64,000 bases of DNA from Syncephalis fuscata S228 (taxonomy: Eukaryota; Fungi; Zoopagomycota). Made by a program: the position numbers and the translations under genes. Where the stretch lies: assembly GCA_025786725.1 (NCBI GenBank), contig JAHLTZ010000004.1, positions 744,001-808,000 on the forward strand. The letters are read 5' to 3'. Shown here in pieces: positions 50,901-62,931 of this stretch (position 1 is its first letter; the number at the start of each line of letters is the position of its first letter). Under the pieces are notes generated by a model. The model was given only the letters and a program-made list of their open reading frames with translations, searched no databases and was not told the origin of the DNA.

Positions 50901-53212
50901 TTCCTGGGTCAATTGTATCGAGAAATGATGGTATCATCGGGTGCAGTACGTCCTTCAATCCAACTGGCCCAAATGGCTTTAACAGCAGTAGAATCGGAGG
51001 ATAACAAAGCAATAATAAATAAACAAAAGGAAACTACAGAAATGGTTGAAACAGAAACAAGTAATGCCATGGCCATAACATCTTCAGTAACTACAGTAAA
51101 TACACAAGATAATACAAGTACTCTTCCTCGATTACCGCCTCGTCCAATGTATACTGAACAGGCCCAGTCAACCGGTTCATCACTAGAGAGTATCAATACA
51201 GCTACTGATACCATTATACCGGACACTGTAACCAATATCGATCTATCTAATTCCATTTCAGATTCATCTGTTCCAGATAAAAATGATCCTATGGAAGATA
51301 TAGTTGTATCGCCACCATTTCTATCTAGTAGTAATATGCAAGAAATGGATCATGGATGGAAAACACCGCCCTTGCCATCAACTACTGATTCAGCATGGTT
51401 ACAACCAACCATAGTTAAAGACGACACAATGGCGATATCTGATGTAAAAGATACGACAGTAAAACGACACTCGGCTCCTTCGACACCACAGAATAGAGAG
51501 AATAGCGACAAAGAAGTGATTGTTATATCCGATTATAGTCCAAAACTATCTGGTAAAACAGTACCATCGACAAAAGGAATGACATTTGGTAAACAAGAAG
51601 ATGTTACAGGTAAATAGGACAAATAATTAGATATATTGTAGAGAATTAATGATCTATTGTATATTAGAATGTATGAACAATATGATGGATCTACTTAGTA
51701 TTGCTTTAGCACCCAATATGAAATCTGATAATAGTACGATAGAGAATCATTTGATTAAACAGTAAGTAATATGATAATGAGTATATGATTAATATGACTA
51801 ATGGTTATAAATAGAATATTTTATGGAAAAACAAAGCAATCGTTATCTTATTTGAATAGTCAGACACAGAAATTAGTCAATCATGATAAGGAAGAAGAGT
51901 TTTCGCACATCATATCCTTTAATAATAATAATATAATAGCGATAAATACGTTTTAGAATAGATAACCTTAATATATTACATCTTTGATGCAGAAGAGGGT
52001 AAAGATATCTATGATGGCATGGACAAAACATTTGGTATTGATCTGGATCAGGTGAGATGTGTTAGGTAGTGGTTACTATGTGTTTATAGGTTAATTATTA
52101 GGTAAACTACGAAGGACATGATGCACAACGACAAGTATGGATATCTAGATTGCCACCTGTATTACAGTTCCAACTACAGGTAAGTTAATTTAATTAGATG
52201 TAGTATATACTGCTTATACAATTATTAGCGCGTACAATATGATAGGGAACAGCAAAAGGCGTTTAAATCAAATGCCTATTTAAAGCTGGAACCATCAATT
52301 TATATGGATCGCTACTTGGCATCCAATGCAGAGCGATTGATGCACCAACATCAACAATATTATGAATCGAGAAAGCGAATGGCTTTTTTAAAACAGCGAA
52401 TACAGTTTTTAAGTCAAACAACGGTAAATAGTAGTTATGCCGATGATAACTAGTCTATTAATAATGATATGGAATAGAATGGATTGACTACACTTGATAT
52501 ATTGCATAGGACAATTCAAATTCTTGAACAGGAATTACAAATGACCGCATCTGATTCATCAAGAGCAGCAGCATTACCATTGATTTTAGATGGATTAAGA
52601 CATGAATTAAATCGATTAATGAATGAATTGACTGGTAATTAGATAAATATAGATTGATAGCTATAGATAACTAATGACTATTTTACAACTATAACTATAT
52701 AGCCTCTCAAACAGAGTTGGATCGTTTATCTCAAGAGCTTCGAAATGTTTATCAAGGCTTGGAGCAGGTTGAATATCGATTACATGCTGTATTTATGCAT
52801 CGGGGTAATAAGTTAACTCTTTTATAATATAGATGGTACTAATAAAACGATAGGTCAAGCATCGTATGGTCATTATTGGATTTATATCTATGACTGGGAG
52901 GGTCAACGCTGGCTCAAGTATAATGACGATGTCGTTACTGAGGTGAGTTATATCAATTTGATTATTTAATAGTAATCGTGATAACCCTTATTAATAGGTC
53001 ACAAACGATGAAGTATTCAAGGATACAACAGGCGAGAATGCTAATCCTTATTGTATGGTTTATGTTTGTGCCAAAGGTAAATGACTAATACAATACGATT
53101 GCTATTAGTGATTAGTATTAATGCTTTATATAAAATAGATATTGAACAATTGGTGCATACTGTTCATCGAGGACCGAGTCAGCCCAAAGAAGGCATTTTA
53201 GTCGACTTTTAA
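47922..53212 (+). CDS. UBP2: Ubiquitin-specific protease, Ubp2-like, multi-exon
   Basis: Cys box [42 protein letters not shown], His box [28 protein letters not shown]; N-terminal repeated AYxxL/F...DD..I.VY helical units. Confidence 0.85.
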
Positions 53213-53287
53213 CTATTCTAATATCTAATAATTAAAATAACATTTCATAGCATTGTGCCTCATATGAACCAATGTATTACTATTTAA

Positions 53288-54282
53288 TTAAAGATCATCA
53301 CGAACGCCAAAGCCTGGACCAGTTGGTTCTGTCGTAAGTGATGTCAAGCCTTTAATAGGCTCGCAGTTTTTACGAGAGGATTGCGGACCGGCCGGTGGTG
53401 TTTCACCGCGTTTTAATGCCTCCAGAATCTTGATAGTGCTATCAGACGTGAGATCCTCCTATAAACCATTATTAATTAATCAAGTAATTAGTTAGTTATG
53501 CTATTTTTTTTATGTTCACAAGTTAGCGTACATAGTAATCATCGTTGACAGCCATAACTGGTGCATTAACACAGGCACCGGCACATTCGACTTCAACCAG
53601 AGTGAATTTGCCGTCTTCTGTTGTCTGGCCCAAATCAATGTTGAGGTGTTTACGTATGGTGTTGACGATATCTGTAGAGCCGCATAGCTCACAAGGAGTA
53701 GTCGTACATACTTGTAGGAAATATTTACCTACTGGATTACTATTTAAATTATAATATTAACTATTAATGTTGATACTATTTATATGGCTTACCGATTAAA
53801 CATGGTGTAAAAGGTGGCCACTTCGTAGACGCGCATAGGTGGCACTTCCAATAGACGAGCCACCTCGTTCATAACACTGATACTGGTCCAGCCTAATTGA
53901 CGCTGGCCTAGATGCAAAAGTGGAATTGTAGCTGCCTTTTTGTATTGAGGCGGATACTTGGCCAGAATACTATCGACGATCTTTAGATTCTCGGCCGTGA
54001 ATGTAAATGGAATCTTTGGATTGTTTTTCGACGTATCACGATGCTAGCAAAGAAGAATGGCCATACTAGTGATTAGCGCGTATTATAACATAGATCGCCA
54101 GTAGATTTAGCGTCTAGTATCGCTACTATTGCTATAATTGCACTATTCGCTATTTATTCTACTTACCACGAAAATAGCATCGGATCGTAGTGTAGCTGCC
54201 GCATGTAGATTACGCGTCAGTGCTGATCGTGTCATCAAGCTGGACAAGCCCGCTTTACGAGTAGCAGTACGTAGTGCATACA

Positions 54283-54283
<1 letters not shown>
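53288..54283 (-). CDS. NDUFV2: NADH:ubiquinone oxidoreductase 24-kDa subunit, multi-exon
   Basis: [76 protein letters not shown]. Confidence 0.95.
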
Positions 54284-54331
<48 letters not shown>

Positions 54332-54339
54332 GGTGGTGT
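54284..54339. repeat. Compound microsatellite (TAG)n(TGG)n immediately upstream of the NDUFV2 ATG
   Basis: agtagtagt...gtggtggtg run. Confidence 0.95.
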
Positions 54340-54847
54340 GTTAAATCAAAAGAACTACAATAATCTGATTGACCAAAGGAAAAAAGACCACATAAAAGGA
54401 ACACTTGCTCGCTAGACAGTGATAGGAGAAGAATCGATTGACGATAACTGGCGACTTCATTTGTCGTGTTTGTTTGTTTGCCACTACGATTTGGTTTGAG
54501 TCAATTGACATTGATTGAAATAGACTTCGGTTACTATAGCATGGTAGCCGTGGAGAATGAAAACGGTAATTAAATACATATCAACACACATACAAGCGCA
54601 CATGGCACTGTGACAGCCTCTTCTCGTCTTACCTCCTCAATCCATGTTCAATAGTTAAAAAATAAAGAAACACACGTGCGATCCGTATTCGTGCTTTCTC
54701 TACATTATTAACGAGACTTCAAGGGTCTTTCACAACAAGAATAAGGCTGTCGTGTCGGCATTTCCTGGCCTAGCCCATATTTTACGTTTTTCTTTCTTTT
54801 TGTCATTCTATTCGTAACGGAAACGAATTTTTTTACTCTTAATATCG

Positions 54848-56381
54848 ATGGCTACCGTCGCCATTAAGTTTACGCATCGGTTTATTGAAAAGACATATCA
54901 TCGATGGACCTTTTGTGATCACTGTAATAAAGTGCTATGGGGTATCGTCAAACAAGGTCTAGAATGTATTGGTAAGTAGTGACAGTGTAGATTTAATATG
55001 GCAAAGTTGAAACTAATATAATGTGTTGTTATGTAGAATGTGGCTATATTTGCCATAAACGCTGTCAAGACGAGCTAGCATTTGTGTGCGATCATCGTCT
55101 ACGCAACCATCAAACGGATCATGATTTTGCATCAGAGACATCGGCTCTACTGTTTGATGGTGGACTTGAGATGGAGTCGCCGTCATCGTCACATCCACCC
55201 ACACCACAACCCGAGGAAATAGGCAACAACAATGACCGCAGCAGTCCTAGCGGCAATAATGGCGATGGCGATGACGAGGGAGGCATTTATAGCGATGGTG
55301 ATCTGCCATTAACGCAATCACCTAGCAGTACACCAGCCAATAGCGGCCGGGATTCTATCTTTACAACGGCAACTGAGCGTAGCCGTAATGCTTCAAGACG
55401 CTATGTTAATAACTCGAATGCCTCGTCGTATACAACGCTAGTTGATGGCCAAAGCAATACCTTATCATCATCGTCCTCGCGTCGTTCTAATAGTCGACGT
55501 GTTACGACAAAGACGAGCGTGGATGGTGTGCGAACAGGATCGCATAGTAGCAGCATTATTCAAGATCTTATTGTATCGACAGCGGCGAATCAAATGGCCA
55601 TGGAGCGTTCGATTCAGCCAATGTCGCTTAATCTTGTAACGCGTACACCAAAGAACATGCAGCGGTTTGTTCAACGAGCCGGTGCTCTTGGTTCAGCCGA
55701 AAACACCGTCAAGTATATTATGACCTGGCAAAGCCCATCTACTACTATGCTATGCATGGTTGGTTACGCGCTATTATGTAAGTATTGGGTAGTTAAAATA
55801 TAATACCAATAACAAGTAATATAATTAAATTAATTAATCTAACAAATGCTATGTATATATAAATAGGTCTTTATCCAATACTTATTTCAATTATACCGCA
55901 TCTTATTATACTTAATCTTATTATCAGTAACTACTTCAAACGAGCTCAAGAGATTGCGGCGACTCGTTCAGGCAAACGATCGCCAAAACGTCAGGAAAAA
56001 CACACGCCATTTATCCCACTTTCCGCGTCATCGGCCACATCGGTCTCAGAGTACAAATCGAATATGCAGTATATCCAGAACTTTATGGGTACATTTGCCG
56101 ACATTTACGATATGGTAGCCGCACAGCTTCACCATCTTGACTGGAGCGACCCGATACACACGGCCAATCTCTTCAAAGCTGTCTTTGCGGCTATTATCGG
56201 TACACTCGCCGTATTCTACATCATACCTGTGTATTGGATATTCCTTGCCGTGGGCGAGTTTGCTTTCATTGCGAATACGGCCGTAGTAAAGGCATTTGCC
56301 GATACAGTTGTGCCAGTGCTACTCGAACGGGCCAATATCAAAATGGAAAATGCACAACGCTTCCTTCAAAAGCAAAATTAG
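54848..56381 (+). CDS. C1 (DAG/phorbol-type zinc finger) plus Pex24p/Pex30-like membrane domain protein, 3 exons
   Basis: HRFIEKTYHRWTFCDHCNKVLWGIVKQGLECIECGYICHKRC; IMTWQSPSTTMLCMVGYALLCLYP; NMQYIQNFMG...LDWSDP; hydrophobic hairpins. Confidence 0.75.
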
Positions 56382-57858
56382 TTTATTAGTTCTATTTTCT
56401 CTATTATAATTTTCAATTTTCAATTCACTGGGAAGCTAGTCTATTTCTATGTTTATTCATCGTTTTTATTGATAATATACAAAAAAGATTTCAGTTTTCT
56501 TAATATAAATTGCCCTACTATTACCTATCAATACGCTGCTTTACATGATGTACCTACCAAACTGGCTTGCCTATACGCGCATGCTTATTCAGAATAGATA
56601 TCGATCCTGTTTGTAGAGTGTCGATGCATGTTAACAGCTGTGCCAACCACACGATAATGCTATTGCCAGCGTGTATGACGACTTTAATGATGCCAATGAT
56701 GCTATGGATGATGACGGTCGTTACCAATACAATGTGGATGATGGTCATCAACTTTTCGGTTATTAGTCTACGCTTTAGTACATCGTTGACGTGTAACAGG
56801 TTTTCCTCTTCATCCATGGCCAATGTTGGTTATAAAGCGATGACTACAAATCTGGCAAGCTGCCTATTTGCTCAGAGTAGAAACCTGTTACAGTATTGAA
56901 CATTACGGCGCATGTGTGGATGTAATCGTTTTGGATGGACTGCACCATCCTGCAATGTTAACCAACAGGCCAACAAGCGTTATTGGTGCCTATTGTTGGT
57001 TTTTTGCCATTGCATGACTGTAGCCTGTCACTACATTTTGTACCATTGCACAGCACCTATGTATCACTGGCAATTCTATAGTAGCTAGCAGTACCATTAT
57101 TTACTAATTACGACAAATAAAATATTGCTCTATCATTCTTTTAGAATAGCGCTATTCATAGATTTAACAACAACAACAACATAGCTTCTATGATTTATCT
57201 TTTGGACCAAACTGTTTGTACCAAGGATATGTACTGATTGGTGTTTTGAATTTAACCATGAAGTAGCGCATCTGCAAGTACTGATGCGGCTACTCAGCAC
57301 TTGAAGGGGAAATAGGCACATGTCGCTACTTTTGCTGTTGAACAGGCCGTGATATGCATAGGCGAAAACAGCTGATTGGTTACTCGTCTTGTCCACTGAG
57401 GTACAGTGGATGGTTCCCCAGTCATTCTTCCACGCGTTTGCATGGCATGCGACCTGATGCGCTACCATGTTAGCATCGTTGTCTACAGGTTTATTCGGTG
57501 AGTGGTGGAAAGGCGACGAATCAGCTTTGTTGCTTACTGGCTTTTCCAGCCACTTTCGCTCCGTCTCTCTGTCTTTCCACCTATCTCCACTCTCACACTT
57601 GCCGCCTGTGCATGCGTGTGGCATGTCGATAACGTCTAAACGGCAAAATGGGCCAAATGAACGAACACCACACTGGCTACCCATCGGCAGTCCTATAAAA
57701 CGAACGAACTTTGACGTAGCATCAATCGAACGGTACCACACTGCTCACTTGATATTCACACTATAATTACCTTGCGGTAACAGCTCTAGATAGTATATTT
57801 TTATTTTATACCAACACTTAGTTGTCTTTTTGACTTATAATATTATATTCTATTAACC

Positions 57859-58455
57859 ATGAAGTTCTCCAAGGTTCTCCTCGCTTTTGCCGTCCTTGCC
57901 CTCGCTGCCAGTAGCGCCGTTGCCGCACCTATCGATGCCAATGTCTTGGCCGATGTAAACGTCAATGCCGACGTTCTCGTCAACGCTCTTGTCGACGTCA
58001 AGGCCGATGTCCATGTTAAGCTTCTTGCCCTTGTTTTGGCCGATATCAAAGCCAAGGTCAATGTCAATGCCCACGTCAATGTTGATGTCGTTGCCAGAGT
58101 TGTTGTCAATGCTATTGTCAACCTCAATGCCAGAGTTCTCGCCAAGGTTGACGTTCACGTCGGTGCTCTTCTTGACGTCAAGGTTGCTGCCGACATCAGG
58201 GCCCACATTATTGCCGATCTCGACATCTGGGTTGATGTCCTTGTCCGTGCTTTGATTAAGGCTGACGTTAAGGTTAATGCTAACATCAAGGCTGACATCA
58301 AGGCCGCCGTTATTGCCAAGCTTGATGTGATCATCAAGGCTCTCGTCGACGCTAAGGTCCGCATCACCGCCGACATCAAGGCTAAGATCACTGCGCAAAT
58401 CAAGGCTGACATCCATGCTGATGTTGATGCCATCATTGCTGCCCACATTCACTAA
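57859..58455 (+). CDS. Secreted Val/Ala/Ile/Asp/Lys-rich protein, paralog of the C-terminal domain of 33976-35003
   Basis: Signal peptide MKFSKVLLAFAVLALAASSAVA; ADIKAKV-type units; strong C/T-ending codon bias; TATAAAA at ~57694. Confidence 0.85.
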   Translation: MKFSKVLLAFAVLALAASSAVAAPIDANVLADVNVNADVLVNALVDVKADVHVKLLALVLADIKAKVNVNAHVNVDVVARVVVNAIVNLNARVLAKVDVHVGALLDVKVAADIRAHIIADLDIWVDVLVRALIKADVKVNANIKADIKAAVIAKLDVIIKALVDAKVRITADIKAKITAQIKADIHADVDAIIAAHIH

Positions 58456-58739
58456 GTGGATAAAATATACTAATAATAATACCAATAATAATACGGATTG
58501 GTGTAGATTTTTGCTCTACATGTCTAATAAAGCTGTAATACTGCAAACATTTTGTCTAGTCATTTCTTTATGTATAAATTAGTGTTTTATTTAGGCTAAT
58601 AATCATCAATTCTATCAGTATTAACTATCTAATTATCATTACCATTGTTTATTCATGTTATCATATACTTTAACACAGTTTAACTTATTGCGCTATGGTT
58701 TTAATTTAAGCTATTAACTTTTACTAATAAATTGTTGAT

Positions 58740-59175
58740 GCTTATTAGTCATTCAATGTGATTTTGGTGTTTAAATGACTACAAGTAGAATATTAATATA
58801 TTTAAACTACCATTCTTTCTATTGAACGTAATGAGAAGTGGTGAATGGCATTAGTAATTGGAATACTTATCATCGTAGTTTTATAATGCAATGAGGGGAA
58901 TGAGTAGAGTGTGTTGGTACATGTAAACAATAGAATATGTCTAGTATATTGTAGAACGATATATATTAGTGTGGAATAGAATGGAAATAATATAAGTAAA
59001 TGGTGGGTATGTGTACTGAATATACGCATGCTGGATAATGAATCTATGATGATGAGTATTTGATGGCTAATGTCACTCACCGCCCATCATCATGTTCAAT
59101 AGATTGATGTCATTAAATTTAATTATTTAACCATCAAAGCACAATAAATGTGATGATGTGATGATTAATAAAGTT
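58740..59175 (-). mobile_element. Further copy of the 23.9/25.1-kb repeat family, with partial inverted ends (MITE-like)
   Basis: Reverse strand caatctattgaacatgatgatgggcggtgagtgacattagccatcaaatactcatcatcat; extended similarity to 24960-25240. Confidence 0.65.
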
Positions 59176-59282
59176 TAGCATTAATGTAACACCATTAAAA
59201 CAAAATAGCCAAATAATTTAAATGCGACACAGTAAATATATTTGTACGAGGATTTATTTAGAGTAAACAAAAAGAAATGCGT

Positions 59283-59849
59283 TTAAGCAAGAGTCTTTTG
59301 CTTGACCACGACCTCCTTAACATCACCCCAGATGTTGTGGTCGATTTCGACCTTGGTGACGTAGTTCTTGACCCAGTTGCGTTCAACCTTCATTTCCTTG
59401 ACGTTGCCCTTGATGAGAGTGTGGCTGATGGAGATTTCCTCCTCACGGTCGCGTGGCATCTTGATCTTAATGTTGTTGACGGCACCGAGCAAGTTGCGGC
59501 TCAACTTGACTTCAGCGAGGAAGGCATCGTTGTCGCATGAGTAGAAGGTGATCTTCTTAATACGCTTAAGAATGGAGCTGCGCTCAACCTTGGCCCAACG
59601 GATGCACTTATCGTAGGCGCTGTAGAAGGTGACGGTGTTAGGGCGGGCCACATCAGGCTCCATAACACGCTTCACAGCCTCATCAGGAGTGTTGATGGCG
59701 AACTCTGGGTAGACTTGGACAAAGGTGTTGTCGTTCAAGGAAGCGACGGTGGCGTTATCAATAGGGGCAACCTTGGCGGATGGCATAGCGAAGACGCTGG
59801 CGGCGGTGGCCAACACGCACATGGAGATGGTGGACAAAGAGAAACGCAT
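59283..59849 (-). CDS. Secreted protein of unknown function with C-terminal beta-hairpin-like repeats
   Basis: Signal peptide MRFSLSTISMCVLATAASVFA; intronless; codon-biased; TATAAAT at ~60044-60050 on the minus strand. Confidence 0.8.
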   Translation of the reverse strand: MRFSLSTISMCVLATAASVFAMPSAKVAPIDNATVASLNDNTFVQVYPEFAINTPDEAVKRVMEPDVARPNTVTFYSAYDKCIRWAKVERSSILKRIKKITFYSCDNDAFLAEVKLSRNLLGAVNNIKIKMPRDREEEISISHTLIKGNVKEMKVERNWVKNYVTKVEIDHNIWGDVKEVVVKQKTLA

Positions 59850-60828
59850 GATGAATAGCTTTGAATAATAAATTACCGGAGTAATAGGTGTAGGTGCAGC
59901 GTAGTCTAGCTGAATAATAAAATAAGCGTGACGTTAATAAAGGCTTTAAGTAGCGCTAAAGGTCGTAATAACTAGGTAAATAGTTGAAGTGTAGGAGTAA
60001 TAGCCGGTAAGGAAACATCAGCAAAACATATCGGCTTGTGGATATTTATACTAGGTGGTGTCAACGATTTTTGCAAAGTGTATTTACTATAGAGCAGCAT
60101 TCTAGAATACAAACACGGTATATGTCCAGAAGGTAGAACGTGTATTCATTTCCTTACTTACTCCGCTCCATATGGTGTTTCCGAAATTGGCTATTTTCCT
60201 CGAGATGATGTTTCCCTATGAATCACACTTGGTATGCATTACAACGTGACTGTTAAATGTTGGAGGGGAATGTGGCATTGTGTGGGCTGTAAGTACTGCC
60301 AACCACTCCAAAAATAGGCTCTGCCATATTTTGCACAAGTAACTGGCAAGGTGATATTTTCTATTTTGAGCAGCACGCGTTATTAACATTGCTTACTACC
60401 TTTCTAGTAGAACCGTGGATTGCCTATCCAATAGACCACGTTTGGAGTATGACAGAAAACAGAGCCTTATCTGTGGCCATAGAGCAGATGGTTGGGGATG
60501 GAACATATGCCGAAAACACAATGCACAAGCAAAAGCGGCAAATTAGTAGCTTAAACAGATCCATTTACGATGTTTAATTAGTTTAATCCCAGACGGTAAG
60601 ATAGTATCACGCTGCAATATGACTTTATAAGGTATGGATCATCCATTAGCCGACCCATTATGGCAATTGTGCTAATGATAGTAGACGAGAACGTGGTGGC
60701 AAATTTAGTTTTTTATTTTATTGTATACACGACTGAGATGGGCGGACCATGGTAGAAATGCAATATGGCATGGTGACAAAATAAGATGAAACGGACCTAT
60801 CATCCTTTATTCCGTCCTTTCGTGTTGG

Positions 60829-62455
60829 CTAAACTAGCTTTACATCAAGATGTAACCGGACCATTTTCCTTAATGACTCGGCCAATTTGGCTTCAGCCGT
60901 GTTTTTTACGGACTTAATTAGAAGTCCCTGGCTTCCAATCACCATTCGCTAGACGGAAAGAAGTAGACCGGTAGAATAGGCATTATTACCATACCGATGG
61001 TTAATTAGCTATAGTTTCATTACTTTTGGGCCCCGTGCGGAAATCATTTACCTTTTGGCTTTCATGTTCTACAAGAATCTGAATGTGGGCCACAATGCCG
61101 CTTGTATAAATGTGCTTTTCAAGTGGCTGCTCTGACCAGCTTACAGTTTTCTATTCAATAGTTTGTGATTATGTGTAAATAAGCTGTGTAAATTACTTAC
61201 TAAACGAATAGCATAGGCCATGTATGACCGTAGGTGTTCGTACAATTCGGCACTGACGGCTCGCTCCACACGAACAACATCCGAAGTGTCGGTGGTACAA
61301 TTAGCAGGGAACATCCACGGCTTAGGCGTAGCCGCTGCTAGCAAATTAAACTGATACATCGATTAGTTTAATGGCTGTACAGCTAATAGTACTTACTTTG
61401 ATGTCATCCAATGCATTACCGCCAAGAGCAGATGCAAATATAACAGTATGAATGGTAGAAAGTGCTTTGCTGTATAGCGCTTTTAATTGATCTAAAATCA
61501 GCATTGAATTGCTTAACAAATCAAGCTAGGTAATTGTCAGTTGTAGTTAACAATCATTATTTAATAAAACCACCTTGTTAAAAACTATAGTCACTGGAAG
61601 TGATGATTTTTGTAATTGGCGTAAAATAGTATTATCATCTTCATCGAAATATTGAAACTTTTTGTTTAGTATATCCTGTGCTGATGGAGTATTAACCGGC
61701 GCCGCTATCTTCATTGCCGTTGCTGTTGCTGCTGCCAATTTATTTTCTTTAGCACGTCGTTTTTCAATGCCCTGGCCTCTTATTAGGCTGTCGGCTGCAC
61801 GCTTTGCATCTACTATCAACATGATGTGATCGGCTGCGTCCAACGATCTCCATGAGGCGGTTTGTAACTCGCGACTGACAGACCTTCCAATTCGATCTCC
61901 TGATAGTTTTGCTACACCAGGAGTATCCAAAAACACTAGCTGTGTGTCTTGTTCGGTAAGTATAGCATTAATACGACCACGGGTTGTATGTGCCCTTGCT
62001 GCAACGTCCGAAACTAGCTGTCCAACCAAACCGTTGATTAACGTAGATTTACCGGCATTTGGTCTGCCTATTACTGCAACACGTAAAAGACGAGGCAGCT
62101 CAGGTTGTGGAAATGTCTTTTTTACTTGTGGTAAACGAAGTATAGCGAGCTCACTTTCAGACACCCGACCTGTTTCTGTTACATGCTTTGTAAGATTAAA
62201 TAGTTGCGTTTTTTTAATATCTGACGACAATGAAGCAGCTTTCTCTAGCTGTGGCTGTTCATACTGCTGTTTAGCAGGCTCAGCTTTACGAATGACCAGT
62301 CTTTCGTTAGAAGATACATTTTTACTATTATCATTAACAAGATTACTCATGCCTCCTCTATTTTTGCGTAGGCTTGTAGGCTTTTGCTGCGGGTTGTTTT
62401 CTGCAGCTGAATGCTGCTGGCCGATTAGACCATGCCGCCATTTGAGTCGCGTCAT
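60829..62455 (-). CDS. Era-like GTPase (mitochondrial ERAL1-like), multi-exon
   Basis: RVAVIGRPNAGKSTLIN, HTTR, QLVFLDTPG, VFNK, ASALGG, C-terminal KH-like MVIGSQG...VRLHLDVK. Confidence 0.88.
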
Positions 62456-62787
62456 AATACTATAATTACAGCATTGTGTACGTAACGAATAAAACAACAA
62501 CTTATTTGCTTTAAACGTTACATAAGAGTAGCTTTGAGTGGAATATACGCCGACTAGACGTTTACATGATAGTGACATGGTTAAAAATAGTGTGCATTGA
62601 ATTTTCAATTTTTACAATACAAATTGTGATGAAAATACATTTTTTTTGAAAAAGCAAACAAATTTAGTGGTCTCCGCCAGCGGAATTGTGCACATCAAAT
62701 TCACAAATTTACTGGATTGATAAGCTCAATGGATAGAATAGTAAACCAGAACTGTTGAATGAAAATGCAAAGAGAGAGAAAGAGTGG

Positions 62788-62931
62788 TTAGTAGCGTTCC
62801 ATACGGCGAGGCATAAATCCACGACGAACAAGATAAGGTGAAGGACGTTCGGCAACACCAGCGACAGCTTGACTTGTTTGTAAAGCAATGGCCATAATGG
62901 CGGCAACACCCACGAAGGTAAGGAAACGCAT
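62788..62931 (-). CDS. Small secreted peptide precursor (47 aa), below the ORF-track length cutoff
   Basis: MRFLTFVGVAAIMAIALQTSQAVAGVAERPSPYLVRRGFMPRRMERY*; signal peptide plus two RR sites. Confidence 0.6.
   Translation of the reverse strand: MRFLTFVGVAAIMAIALQTSQAVAGVAERPSPYLVRRGFMPRRMERY

Noticed and set aside
56554-57766. ORFs 56554-56823, 56567-56899, 57133-57741 and 57467-57766
   Set aside because: No recognisable motifs; 57133-57766 overlaps the promoter and TATA region of the 57859 gene. A small gene at 56554-56823 cannot be excluded but is unsupported.
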